A stretch of DNA of 64,000 bases from an uncultured delta proteobacterium (lineage in GTDB: Bacteria; Myxococcota_A; Polyangia; Polyangiales; Polyangiaceae): NCBI GenBank assembly GCA_963716725.1, contig CAVQUB010000032.1:32001-96000 (forward strand), read 5' to 3'. Position numbers and translations under genes: made by a program. Shown here piece by piece: positions 28,701 through 36,731 of this stretch. The number at the start of each line of letters is the position of its first letter. The stretch's first letter is position 1. The notes beneath the pieces are model-generated. The model worked only from the letters and a program-made list of their open reading frames with translations, ran no database searches and was not told the origin of the DNA.

Positions 28701-29336
28701 GTCTGGGGTGAGCGCTCGGGCGCGGTGTGCGCTGATGGCATCTTCGGGGATCAACCTACGGAGCGAGGCGTCGTCGATGCTCTCGATCTTCGCGATCTCG
28801 TGGGAGACGCGAAAGCCGTCGAAGAAATGCAAGAAGGGCACCCGAGCGCGGAGCGTCGCGACGTGGGCGATCGCCGCAAGGTCTTGCGCCTCTTGCACTG
28901 AACCCGAGCACAGGAGCGCGAAGCCTGTCCCCCGACACGCCATCACATCCGAGTGATCACCGAAAATGCTGAGAGCGTGGGTCGCGATGGTGCGCGCTGC
29001 GACGTGCAGCACGCAGGGCGTGAGCTCGCCCGCGATCTTGAACATGTTGGGGATCATGAGCAAGAGCCCCTGCGACGCGGTGAAGGTGGTGGCGAGGGTG
29101 CCCGCTTGAAGCGCACCGTGGACGGTTCCTGCAGCGCCTCCCTCGGACTGCATCTCCATCACGCTCGGGACGGCGTCCCAGAGGTTTCGATCGCCCTGGG
29201 CGGCCCACGCGTCGGCGTGCTCCCCCATGGCGGAGGCCGGGGTGATCGGGTAGATGGCGATCACTTCGCTGGCGCGGTAGGCGACGGACGCGACGGCTTC
29301 GTTGCCATCGACTGCAATGTGCCGAGCTGAGCTCAT
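25788..29336 (-). CDS. nifJ: Pyruvate:ferredoxin (flavodoxin) oxidoreductase
   Basis: AIYPITP, MQSEGGAAG, GLGSDGTVGANK, two CxxCxxCxxxCP motifs, NATGCSSIY, GGDGWAYDIG, YSNTGGQ. Confidence 0.97.
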   Translation of the reverse strand: MSSARHIAVDGNEAVASVAYRASEVIAIYPITPASAMGEHADAWAAQGDRNLWDAVPSVMEMQSEGGAAGTVHGALQAGTLATTFTASQGLLLMIPNMFKIAGELTPCVLHVAARTIATHALSIFGDHSDVMACRGTGFALLCSGSVQEAQDLAAIAHVATLRARVPFLHFFDGFRVSHEIAKIESIDDASLRRLIPEDAISAHRARALTPDRPVLRGTAQNPDTFFQAREAINGFYTACPGIVETAMSEFERETGRRYRLFDYVGHPDADRVIVIMGSGAETVHSTVETMVAGGERVGVLKVRLYRPFSPTHLLSALPESVRSIAVLDRTKEPGAPGEPLYLDVVATLANDATRSPKPRVVAGRYGLSSKEFTPAMAKAVFDELGRPSAKPVFTVGIVDDVSNLSLEVDPSFHVPQGETYSAVFWGLGSDGTVGANKSSIKIIGEETSGHAQGYFVYDSKKSGAVTVSHLRFGPQHIRAPYLIDEAELVACHQFDLLDRYDVLATAREGSIFLLNAPHSGSELWDALPREVQTTILDKKLECHVIDAHELAREHGLGGRINTVMQTCFFVLSGALPRDEALRQIEDSIKKSYGSRGDELVHRNVAAARAALDRLARFSPPSGEAKGQRRTPPVPVEAPDFVQRVSAMILAGKGDLLPVSAFPVDGTWPVGTARFEKRNLAQEIPVWDAPLCIQCNKCAMVCPHAAIRAKVYDAESSTHAPSTFKSTQWKSGEFAGKSYTLQVAPEDCTGCGVCVAVCPAKDKSNPRHKAIDMAPQAPLRAVERENYDFFLKLPEVQRQSVKLDVKESQLLEPLFEYSGACSGCGETPYVKLLTQLFGDRLLIANATGCSSIYGGNLPTTPYTTNRDGRGPAWSNSLFEDNAEFGFGMRLSVDYLRERAQHLVRSLESVIGGELAQGILDARQADEAGIIAQRDRVQALRGKLASQSSLDARQLNQVADYLVEKSVWIVGGDGWAYDIGFGGLDHVLASDKNVNVLVLDTEVYSNTGGQQSKATPRGASAKFASSGKSIAKKDLGLIAMSYGHVYVARVAYGAKDAQTVRAFVEAEAHDGPSIIIAYSHCIAHGYDLVHGPRQQKLAVESGVWNLFRYDPQRTDRGDPPLQLDSGPPKGNLLEYARNEARYSMVERANPTRFAKLMKEAEQDAKRRLVLYGELARFSLPTEK

Positions 29337-29845
29337 CTTGGCTCCAAGGTTCGTTTGGGGGCCGGTACGGCCGGATTCACTTGGCTACTCCGCCGCGGAG
29401 TCGGCGCGGCGGATACGTCGTGCGATCGCACAGTTAGTACGGGGCAGGGGGCCATGTCGAGCACGCGGCGCGTGACGCTACCGAAGCTCTCGGGATCGCC
29501 TCCCGACGCCGCCACGCCCATCACCATCAGATCGAAGTGTTCACTGGCGGCCAAGGTCACCAGAACCTCGTGGGGTACGCCGACCTCGACTCGGATGTGC
29601 ACGGCGTCTCCGCCGACCATGCGGCGCAGCGCGTGCATGGCATTTTCCCGCGCAAGCTGGCTGAGGGCCGTCGGGCTTTCCGCGTGTGCCTGCGTCGTCA
29701 GCGGCACGCCCTGCGGGGGCGGCCACACATAGACGACGTCGAGGCTGGCGCGCGTCCGCGTGGCCATTGCCAGGCCGACGCGGAATGCCTCGCTTGCGTC
29801 GCCCGAGAAGTCCGTGGCGACCAGGATACGTCGAAGCGAGTTCAT
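29333..29845 (-). CDS. Universal stress protein
   Basis: RRILVATDFS, DLMVMG, GSVTRRV...APCPVLTV. Confidence 0.9.
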   Translation of the reverse strand: MNSLRRILVATDFSGDASEAFRVGLAMATRTRASLDVVYVWPPPQGVPLTTQAHAESPTALSQLARENAMHALRRMVGGDAVHIRVEVGVPHEVLVTLAASEHFDLMVMGVAASGGDPESFGSVTRRVLDMAPCPVLTVRSHDVSAAPTPRRSSQVNPAVPAPKRTLEPR

Positions 29846-31122
29846 CAGAGCGCCGAACGCATGAGTTCGTCCCTCGAGGTGCCGTACTCGTGCAACTTGT
29901 ACTGGATTTTGCGGACGCTGATCCCGAGCACCCGCGCCGCCCGTGACGTGCTGCCACCGTTGGCTGCAAGCGTCTGCAAGATGGCGTAGCGCTCGATGTC
30001 GGAGAGGCGAGCGCCGGGGATCACCGGCCGCGGTGGAGCGACGCCGGCGGGCAGCGTCAAGTGCTCTGTGCGGATGAGCCCCGATTTGCAGCGCGCCCGC
30101 GCCGCATCCAGTACCTGCCTGAGCTCGGGGATGTTGTTTGGCCAGTCGTAGCGGCGCAGGCGGTTGACCGCTTCGGCGCTCAGACCCGGGCCGCCCGATC
30201 CCATCAGCGAGCGCGCCAGAGGGATCAGATCTTCACGCCGTTCACGCAGCGTGGGCACCCGGACATCGACGACGCAGAGCAGGTGAGCGAGATCGTCGCG
30301 GCAGCGACCGCTCGACGCCAGCACGCTTGGCGGCAACGAGCCCGACGACACCACGCGAACCTGGCGCGCGGAGCTTCGGCTCGAAGGCAGCGCGTCGAGA
30401 AGCGCCCCCTGGGTGCCGGGTGGGAGCTCGCCGAGGTCCTCGACGTAGAGGGTTCCGCCCATGGCGCGAGCCACGGCGTCTTGGACCTCGTCCCGAGAGT
30501 GCCCCAAGGTTTGCTCGGCGACCTGGCGGCAACCGAAATGGACGAACGGCCCGCTGGCGTGAACAGAAAGAGCGTGAATCGTTCGGGCCAGGCGCGTGCG
30601 CCCCGTGCCCGCCTCGCCGTACAGGTAGACGTTTGCATGGGTCGGAGCGACGCGCGCCAGTTGACGCACGCACTCACGCATCTCCTGCGACTCAGCCACG
30701 ACGCCGGGCAGTTCCGTCTCCGCGGGTTTGGCTGGCAGCTCCGGCCCGCGTTCCGCGCTCTCGAGGGCCTGCGATACGACTGCGAAGAGGCGCGTGGAGT
30801 CCAGGGGCTTGACCACGAAATCGAGGGCGCCCTCTCGCATCGCGCCAAGCGCGGCGTCCACGCTGCTGAAGCCGGTCATCACCACGACCGGTGCGCCGAT
30901 ATCGGAGCGCCGCAGTCGACGGATCAGCTCCACGCCGTCCATCGAAGGCATGCAGAGATCAGTCAGAATCAGATCGGGCCGGCTCTCTTCGGCCCGGCTC
31001 AGGGCTTTGAAACCATCGCTGGCCGTATCCACGACGTAGCCGGCCTCACGGAGCAGCTCGGCCAGCGCCATCCGCGCTGCGCCCTCGTCATCGACCACCA
31101 AGATGTGCGCTGGATTTCCCAT
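29845..31122 (-). CDS. NtrC-like response regulator (REC - degenerate AAA+ - Fis HTH) lacking GAFTGA
   Basis: Intact REC (VVDD, TDLCMP, TG, KP); Walker A GEAGTGRT, Walker B LYVED, no GAFTGA, RDDLAHLL; HTH ARVLGISVRKIQYKL. Confidence 0.85.
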   Translation of the reverse strand: MGNPAHILVVDDEGAARMALAELLREAGYVVDTASDGFKALSRAEESRPDLILTDLCMPSMDGVELIRRLRRSDIGAPVVVMTGFSSVDAALGAMREGALDFVVKPLDSTRLFAVVSQALESAERGPELPAKPAETELPGVVAESQEMRECVRQLARVAPTHANVYLYGEAGTGRTRLARTIHALSVHASGPFVHFGCRQVAEQTLGHSRDEVQDAVARAMGGTLYVEDLGELPPGTQGALLDALPSSRSSARQVRVVSSGSLPPSVLASSGRCRDDLAHLLCVVDVRVPTLRERREDLIPLARSLMGSGGPGLSAEAVNRLRRYDWPNNIPELRQVLDAARARCKSGLIRTEHLTLPAGVAPPRPVIPGARLSDIERYAILQTLAANGGSTSRAARVLGISVRKIQYKLHEYGTSRDELMRSAL

Positions 31123-31148
31123 GAGCGTCCCTTTCCAGGGCCGACAGA

Positions 31149-31164
31149 TGCATCCACCGTGCCC
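31149..31164 (-). promoter_or_regulatory. sigma54 promoter for the regulator-USP-nifJ-DHOD operon
   Basis: Minus strand GGGCACGGTGGATGCA (GG-N10-GC); paired upstream sites at 31206-31220 and 31236-31250. Confidence 0.6.
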
Positions 31165-31259
31165 CAGCTACTCACGCCAAAGTTTGGTCAATTCCGGCTT
31201 CCATCACGCGCCGTCTGCGGCGGCGCGCATCCGCGACGAAACTTTTGCGCACGCGGCGT

Positions 31260-32726
31260 TCACTCGCGGACTTGGGGTGGGAATCGGATCGTGAACTGGG
31301 TGCGCCCCGGACGGGAGTCGAAGTGGATGGTCCCGCCGTGCTCGCGGACGATGCGGTGCACGATGGCCAGCCCCAGTCCCGTGCCCGCCTCCTTGGTCGT
31401 GTAGAAAGCGTCGAAGATCGGGGCGTTTTCGTCGAGGCCCGGTCCCGTGTCTGCGACGATCGCTTCCACGCCCCCCTCGGCGTCCGAGCGCACCGCGAGA
31501 TCGAGCACGCCGCCGCTGGCTTGCATGGCCTCGATTGCGTTGCGCATCAGGTTGAGCATGATCTGTCGGAGCCTCGGGGGGTCGCCGTCGATACAGGAGT
31601 CTTGCTCCAGCCGAAGGTCGATGGTGACTCGCGCGGCCTCGGCCTCGGGGCGAAGCTGTGCGATCACGGAGGCGACGAGCTCCGACAGATCCACGGACTC
31701 GAGCACGAGGGGGTTCGGGCGCGCAAACGCCAAGAAGTCGGAGACCAAGCGATCGAGCCTCCGGATCTCGTCGTGGACGATTTCGACCACGGGAACGAGC
31801 AGCTCGGGGGTGTTTTGTCCGCGCTCGACCCGACGTCGCAGCACTTGCAGCTGGAGCGTGGCCGAGTTCAGGGGGTTGCGCACTTCATGGGCGAGGCCTG
31901 CGGCCAGCGTGCCCACCGCGGCCAGGCGCTCGTCCATCAAGGTCCGGCGCTGTGCTGCGCGTTCCGACGTCACGTCGATGCCCACGGCCAACGTGGATGG
32001 TGCGACGTGGGCCAGCTGCCATCGGATCCATCGATGGCCGCCCGACTTCAACGCGAGCCGCCGCTCGCCGCCCTCGCCTACGAGATCGCGCCCCGGTTGC
32101 CCGAGCATCTCTTCCCGCGACAAGCCCGTGACCTCTTCGAGCCTGCGGTTCCAGACCTGGATCTCGCCCTCGGCGCCCAGGGCCATCACCAGCGCTGGGA
32201 CGGCCTCCACGAGCTCGCGGTGGCGGGATTCGGATTCTTCCAGCGTGGCCGCGCGTTCGGCGCCGCGCACGCTCTTCGACAGTTGGTCGTGGTAGGCGTC
32301 GAGCAGGACGGCGAGCTCGAGATCCACGAGCGCGCGAATCGCGGACTCTCCGGCTGTGAACCTGCCTGGCTCGCGGAGCCACACCCGGCGAACCAGCTGG
32401 ATCAGGCCGGCGCGAAGTCGAGTGGTCGCGACCAACAACGAACAAGCGGGAAGCCCCAAGCGCACGTACATACTGCCGACGCGCTCGAGGCCTTCGATCC
32501 AAGCGTGGTCGTGTGGGCCCGAGAGCGACGTCGCGAGCTGAGCTTCCAGCGCGAGCTCGACGCGATTGGGGTCGACCACCGCGTTTCGCACGATTGTTTC
32601 GTGGAATTCTTCCGCGAGGCGGCGAAGCTCCGGAGTGGCGAGGGGCGCGAGCTCCGCCAAGGTGCCCTCGGCGGCGGCATCGAAGCCGACGCAGCGTCGA
32701 ATCCGCTCGAAGTCAGCTGGTTCCAT
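31260..32726 (-). CDS. Globin-coupled sensor histidine kinase (sensor globin - PAS - HisKA - HATPase)
   Basis: N-terminus resembles AfGcHK-type globin (F..I.R.VGF...E..L..L, LAEEF, SGP.D, VRLGL, LDLELAV); H-box LAHEVRNPL, N-box NLMRNA, DTGPG, FYTTK, GTGLGL. Confidence 0.85.
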   Translation of the reverse strand: MEPADFERIRRCVGFDAAAEGTLAELAPLATPELRRLAEEFHETIVRNAVVDPNRVELALEAQLATSLSGPHDHAWIEGLERVGSMYVRLGLPACSLLVATTRLRAGLIQLVRRVWLREPGRFTAGESAIRALVDLELAVLLDAYHDQLSKSVRGAERAATLEESESRHRELVEAVPALVMALGAEGEIQVWNRRLEEVTGLSREEMLGQPGRDLVGEGGERRLALKSGGHRWIRWQLAHVAPSTLAVGIDVTSERAAQRRTLMDERLAAVGTLAAGLAHEVRNPLNSATLQLQVLRRRVERGQNTPELLVPVVEIVHDEIRRLDRLVSDFLAFARPNPLVLESVDLSELVASVIAQLRPEAEAARVTIDLRLEQDSCIDGDPPRLRQIMLNLMRNAIEAMQASGGVLDLAVRSDAEGGVEAIVADTGPGLDENAPIFDAFYTTKEAGTGLGLAIVHRIVREHGGTIHFDSRPGRTQFTIRFPPQVRE

Positions 32727-32769
32727 CTACGGTCTCGGCAACCCGCGGGCTCTGCTCGCGCGGGTCGCG

Positions 32770-33234
32770 TCAGGCCTCGGTCTCGGCGGTGCGCACCGTG
32801 AGTACCGGACACGACGCGCGTCGCACGACCTTCTCGGCAACGCTGCCCAGGAGCAAGTGCGCAAACCCGCTGCGTCCGTGCGTTCCCATCGCGATCAGGT
32901 CGTAGCCATCGCTATCGGCGAGGGTCACGATGGTATGCGATGGGTCTCCTTGCTCGACGCGCGTGTTTGCGATCTCGATGCCGTCCTCGCGCGCCTGAGC
33001 AACGAACTCTCGCATCGCTGCCTGGGCCTGATCGCTAGCGAGCTGTGCGAGTGTCTGCGTCGTGCCCGCCGCCCCGACCATCGCTTCCGGCGCGATGAAG
33101 GCCGGTGCCTCCCACACGTAGAGCAGGTCGATGGTGGCGTTGAAGCTCTTGGCCAACATGGCCGCGTGCTCGAGGGCTGATCGCGAGCAGGCCGAGTAGT
33201 CGACGGGAACCAGGATGCGGCGCAGGTTGTTCAT
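32770..33234 (-). CDS. Universal stress protein
   Basis: [39 protein letters not shown]. Confidence 0.95.
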   Translation of the reverse strand: MNNLRRILVPVDYSACSRSALEHAAMLAKSFNATIDLLYVWEAPAFIAPEAMVGAAGTTQTLAQLASDQAQAAMREFVAQAREDGIEIANTRVEQGDPSHTIVTLADSDGYDLIAMGTHGRSGFAHLLLGSVAEKVVRRASCPVLTVRTAETEA

Positions 33235-33740
33235 TTGGGATCTCCTTTGAGCGAGGCGTGTTCGTCTGAGCCGTCGCGCTCACCAGGCTCGGTCATCGGT
33301 ATCACCAGCACGGGGCAGGGTGCGAGCCTGACCACGCGTTCCGCCACGCTCCCCAGCACGACGCGTCGCGCCCCGGTGCGGCCGTGGGTCCCAAGCACCA
33401 GCAGATCGACGCCGGAAACCTTCGCTCGCTGCAGGATTACGCCGGAGGCGTCGCCGACCTCGTAGCTCACCGTGACCATCGCGCGGTCCTCGGCCGAGAG
33501 AGGCGCCAGGAACCGCTCGACCTGGGCCTTGGCTTGATCCTCGGCCAGCTCCCAGAGGGGCCGCGGGCCGACCGCAGCCCAGACCAGGATGCTCGGCTGG
33601 ACGTAGGCGGGCACGCTGTGGACGTGCAGCACCTCGAGCGTCGCCGCGAACCGACGCGCCAGGGACAGCGCCGTGAGCAAGGCCGCCCGCGAAGGATCCG
33701 ATGTGTCGATGGGGCAGAGGATGCGACGATAGCCGGTCAC
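33231..33740 (-). CDS. Universal stress protein
   Basis: [43 protein letters not shown] start at 33740. Confidence 0.93.
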   Translation of the reverse strand: MTGYRRILCPIDTSDPSRAALLTALSLARRFAATLEVLHVHSVPAYVQPSILVWAAVGPRPLWELAEDQAKAQVERFLAPLSAEDRAMVTVSYEVGDASGVILQRAKVSGVDLLVLGTHGRTGARRVVLGSVAERVVRLAPCPVLVIPMTEPGERDGSDEHASLKGDPK

Positions 33741-34330
33741 GGGGATCTCTCTCGAGCAAGTCTCATGCCGCTCAGGGGCGGTGGTCGGGGACGGCGTAGC
33801 CCTCGGATTCGAGCCAGCCACCGCAACACGTCGAGGGAGCTCAAGATCCCCACCACCTTGCCCGCCTCCGAGACGACAGGAACGCGGTGGACGCCTTCGA
33901 GGGCCATCAGGGCCGAAGCGCGCGCGATGGAGGCGCTAGAAGGCATGGTGAACGCGAGGGGAGTCATCACGTCACGCACGGTCGCGTCCCTGAATTGCTC
34001 GACGTGCATTCCCCGGTCGAGCCGGGCCTGGATCCCGCCGCTGCTCACGGCCGGGCTGCTCCGCTCCAGCGTGTCTCCGCGATCGGCGAAGTCTCGGAGC
34101 AGATCGGTCTTGGACACGACGCCAAGGGCGCGACCCGAGGCGTCCACCACTGGCGCTCCGCTGATCCCACGTTCTAGAAACAAAGCTAGCAGCGCCTCGA
34201 TGCTCAGGTCCGGCGACACCGAGACGACGTGGTGAGTCATCACCTCGGAGACGGGGGTGGTATCGGCTGGACCGGCCTCCTGACCTGCCGGGCGCTGAGC
34301 GGCGCCGACGGATTCCAATTTGGAACTCAT
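33737..34330 (-). CDS. CBS domain protein
   Basis: VSEVMT, ISGAPVVD..G..LGVVSKTD, VRDVMTP, VHRVPVV...GKVVGILSSLD; GAGG Shine-Dalgarno before ATG 34330. Confidence 0.9.
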   Translation of the reverse strand: MSSKLESVGAAQRPAGQEAGPADTTPVSEVMTHHVVSVSPDLSIEALLALFLERGISGAPVVDASGRALGVVSKTDLLRDFADRGDTLERSSPAVSSGGIQARLDRGMHVEQFRDATVRDVMTPLAFTMPSSASIARASALMALEGVHRVPVVSEAGKVVGILSSLDVLRWLARIRGLRRPRPPPLSGMRLARERSP

Positions 34331-34344
34331 GATGTCATCCTCTC

Positions 34345-34388
34345 GCGCACTGCCTGCGCCGCCAGAGCAACCAGCGCACCCATTGCGC
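34345..34388. promoter_or_regulatory. Paired palindromic putative activator sites GCGCA-N5-TGCGC
   Basis: GCGCACTGCCTGCGC (34345-34359) and GCGCACCCATTGCGC (34374-34388), 29 bp apart. Confidence 0.6.
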
Positions 34389-34423
34389 AGGTCTGCTTCG
34401 ACGCCGTCGGCGAAGGCCCGAAT

Positions 34424-34439
34424 TGCAAGTGTCGAACCA
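34424..34439 (-). promoter_or_regulatory. sigma54 promoter for CBS-USP-USP-kinase genes
   Basis: Minus strand TGGTTCGACACTTGCA (GG-N10-GC, TTGCA). Confidence 0.6.
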
Positions 34440-34455
34440 GGGCATGTACGTTGCA
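34440..34455 (+). promoter_or_regulatory. sigma54 promoter for the CBS gene at 34501
   Basis: GGGCATGTACGTTGCA (GG-N10-GC, TTGCA). Confidence 0.65.
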
Positions 34456-34500
34456 TCGTATCAGCGCTAGAACCGCGCACGGAAGAGAGGATTTCGAGCA

Positions 34501-34917
34501 ATGGTCGTCCAAGAAGTCATGACCGAGGATCCGATCACCGCACAGTCCAGCACCGCCATCGGGACAGTGTTGAACACTCTCTTCGAGAGCGACGTCAGGC
34601 ACCTGCCCATCGTCGACGGCGATCAGCTCGTTGGTATCGTGAGTGATCGCGACCTGCGCGCATTCCTTGCCCCGTCAATGCTCGAGTTCGAAAAGCCCGA
34701 GGACGTGCGCAAGCGCCTGGCTCAGCCGGTGTCCACCGTGATGAACGCGGACGTGGTGAGCGTCACTCCCGAGACGGACTTGTCCGAGGTCATCGAGATG
34801 ATGATCGATCAGAAAGTCGGCGCCGTACCCGTCGTGCAGCCGGGAACCGACGAGCTGGTGGGCATCGTCAGCTACATCGACGTACTTCGGGCGGCCCAAG
34901 ACCTCTTCGAAGAGTGA
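34501..34917 (+). CDS. CBS domain protein
   Basis: VQEVMT, VRHLPIVDGDQLVGIVSDRD, VGAVPVV...LVGIVSYID. Confidence 0.93.
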   Translation: MVVQEVMTEDPITAQSSTAIGTVLNTLFESDVRHLPIVDGDQLVGIVSDRDLRAFLAPSMLEFEKPEDVRKRLAQPVSTVMNADVVSVTPETDLSEVIEMMIDQKVGAVPVVQPGTDELVGIVSYIDVLRAAQDLFEE

Positions 34918-34939
34918 TCCGGGCGTGCGGTCGCGCCGC

Positions 34940-35893
34940 TCACGCGGCCGGCCACGCGATGCGATGCTGCGGCTCGTAGCCCAGTTGGTCGCGAGCGCGG
35001 CGACCGTCGAGCACGGCGCTGAAATGGAAGCGCCGATGGTTGAGATCGTAGCGGAAGTCCATTCCGAGCGCGTTTGCGCGCAGGGCGTAGAGCGGTGCCA
35101 GTAACGGTCCCGGCACCGGGACCTCGAGCCGACCCCAGAGTCGGATCGCGGACGAGAGCGGTAGGACGTCGGCGCCAGGGACGTTGAACACGCCGTTGGT
35201 CCGGCCGCTCGCGGCGAGCACGAGCGCCCGGGTGGCGTCCTCGAGCGAGAGCAGGTTCAGCATGGGGTCGAAGCCGAGGGGCCGAAAGCACACTCTCGAG
35301 GAGAGGTAGTCGTGAAGCTGGCTGCCGACGTTCGCGGCCAGGATTTCCGCGCAGCGGAGCACCACCACTTCCAGTCGCGACATGCCCATGCGTGTGCACA
35401 CCGTCAGGTCTGCCTCCACGCGATCTCTCACTTTCTGCGGCGCGCTCGGGGAGAGATCGAGCGGGTCGTCTTCGACGAGCAGCGTGGAACGGCGCGGGTC
35501 CAGGCGGTAGACGGCGCCGGCGCTTCTAAACACGAAACGCCGGATGCTGGGGTGGCGCTCGGCCAAAGCCAGGAGCTGGCGGGTACACTCGACGTTCAAA
35601 GCGTGAACGCGGGCGCCCTCGGCGCGAGCGCGTCGGTGCAGCGCGTTGTGAATGATCACCTCGATCCCGAGCTCCCGCGCGTCCGCGAAGAGGAGGTCGT
35701 GAAGCTCCCTCGAGCGCGTCAGATCCACCTGTCGATAGCGGTAGCGCGCCGAGGCCTGGCCCCCCAGCGGCATCGGATCGGGCTCGGCGCCGACGGCGAG
35801 CACCAGCTCGGTAGCCGGGTCGGCCAGCAGCGCGCCGATCAGCTGACCGCCGAGGGGCGTCGTCGCGCCCGTGACCAACACCCTCATCGTCAC
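34940..35893 (-). CDS. NAD-dependent epimerase/dehydratase family protein
   Basis: VLVTGATTPLG, GFDPMLNLLSLED, GVFNVPG; paralog of 20096-21016. Confidence 0.85.
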   Translation of the reverse strand: MTMRVLVTGATTPLGGQLIGALLADPATELVLAVGAEPDPMPLGGQASARYRYRQVDLTRSRELHDLLFADARELGIEVIIHNALHRRARAEGARVHALNVECTRQLLALAERHPSIRRFVFRSAGAVYRLDPRRSTLLVEDDPLDLSPSAPQKVRDRVEADLTVCTRMGMSRLEVVVLRCAEILAANVGSQLHDYLSSRVCFRPLGFDPMLNLLSLEDATRALVLAASGRTNGVFNVPGADVLPLSSAIRLWGRLEVPVPGPLLAPLYALRANALGMDFRYDLNHRRFHFSAVLDGRRARDQLGYEPQHRIAWPAA

Positions 35894-36726
35894 CAGAGTC
35901 CCTCCCTCTGGGCGAGTCCACGGGAGATGAGCGTCTGGACGGACTCCTTGACCACGCGCGCTGCGTCCCGCACCGCGGTCGGATCGTCGGCATCGCCGAA
36001 ACGCTCCGACAGTAACAGTGGCTCGCCGTAGTGCAGGTGGAGACGCACGGGCAGGGGCAGCGGGGTGGCGGGAATGGGCAAGAACGGTGCGCCGAAGGCG
36101 TGAAACGAGTCGATGCGTCCGATCCCGGGCCAGGCTTCCTCGGCGCCCACCACGGCCACCGGGATCACCGGCACGCGATGACGGAGCGCGAGCTCGGCGT
36201 GGCCGACTCGCCAGTCCTGGAGCTCGTAGCGCTTGCGAAACCCCTTGCCGATGCCGGGCACGCCCTCGGGGAACACCAGCACGAGTTCACCGGTCTCGAG
36301 CAAATGGCGGAAGTTCCCAGCGCTCCCGGCCACGACGCCCAGCCGGCTGAAGGTCGTGCCCACCCAGGGCAGGAGCGGGATGAAGATGTCGCCGATGACG
36401 CGGGCGACTCGCGGCGGCGATGTGCGGCGGGCCACGTCTGCCACGATCATGGCGCCGTCGATCGGCAAGAGGCCGCCGTGGTTGGCCGCCAGGATCGCGG
36501 CACCGGTCTTCGGCAGGTGCTCGGCGCCGTAGCTGACCACTCGGAAGTAGCGTTCGTAAGCGAAGCGCAGGACCCCGAGCGCGGTGGAGAAAGCCGTGGG
36601 ATCGAAGCCCAGGACGTCGAACCCGTGGCCCGCGTCGTTGAAGGCGAGCCGTCGCAGAGCGTCGCGCTGTCCCTGGTCGAGCAAGGCGCGAGAGAGCGAT
36701 TGGTGGATACGGCGGCGGAGAGACAT
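35890..36726 (-). CDS. Lysophospholipid/glycerol acyltransferase (PlsC family)
   Basis: NHGGLLPID, VFPEG, PVIPVAVVG; start trimmed to ATG 36726. Confidence 0.9.
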   Translation of the reverse strand: MSLRRRIHQSLSRALLDQGQRDALRRLAFNDAGHGFDVLGFDPTAFSTALGVLRFAYERYFRVVSYGAEHLPKTGAAILAANHGGLLPIDGAMIVADVARRTSPPRVARVIGDIFIPLLPWVGTTFSRLGVVAGSAGNFRHLLETGELVLVFPEGVPGIGKGFRKRYELQDWRVGHAELALRHRVPVIPVAVVGAEEAWPGIGRIDSFHAFGAPFLPIPATPLPLPVRLHLHYGEPLLLSERFGDADDPTAVRDAARVVKESVQTLISRGLAQREGLW

Positions 36727-36731
36727 GGAAG

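Noticed and set aside
34451..34464. TTGCA-N4-ATCAG as an FNR box
   Set aside because: Weak match to TTGAT-N4-ATCAA and better explained as the -12 element of a sigma54 promoter
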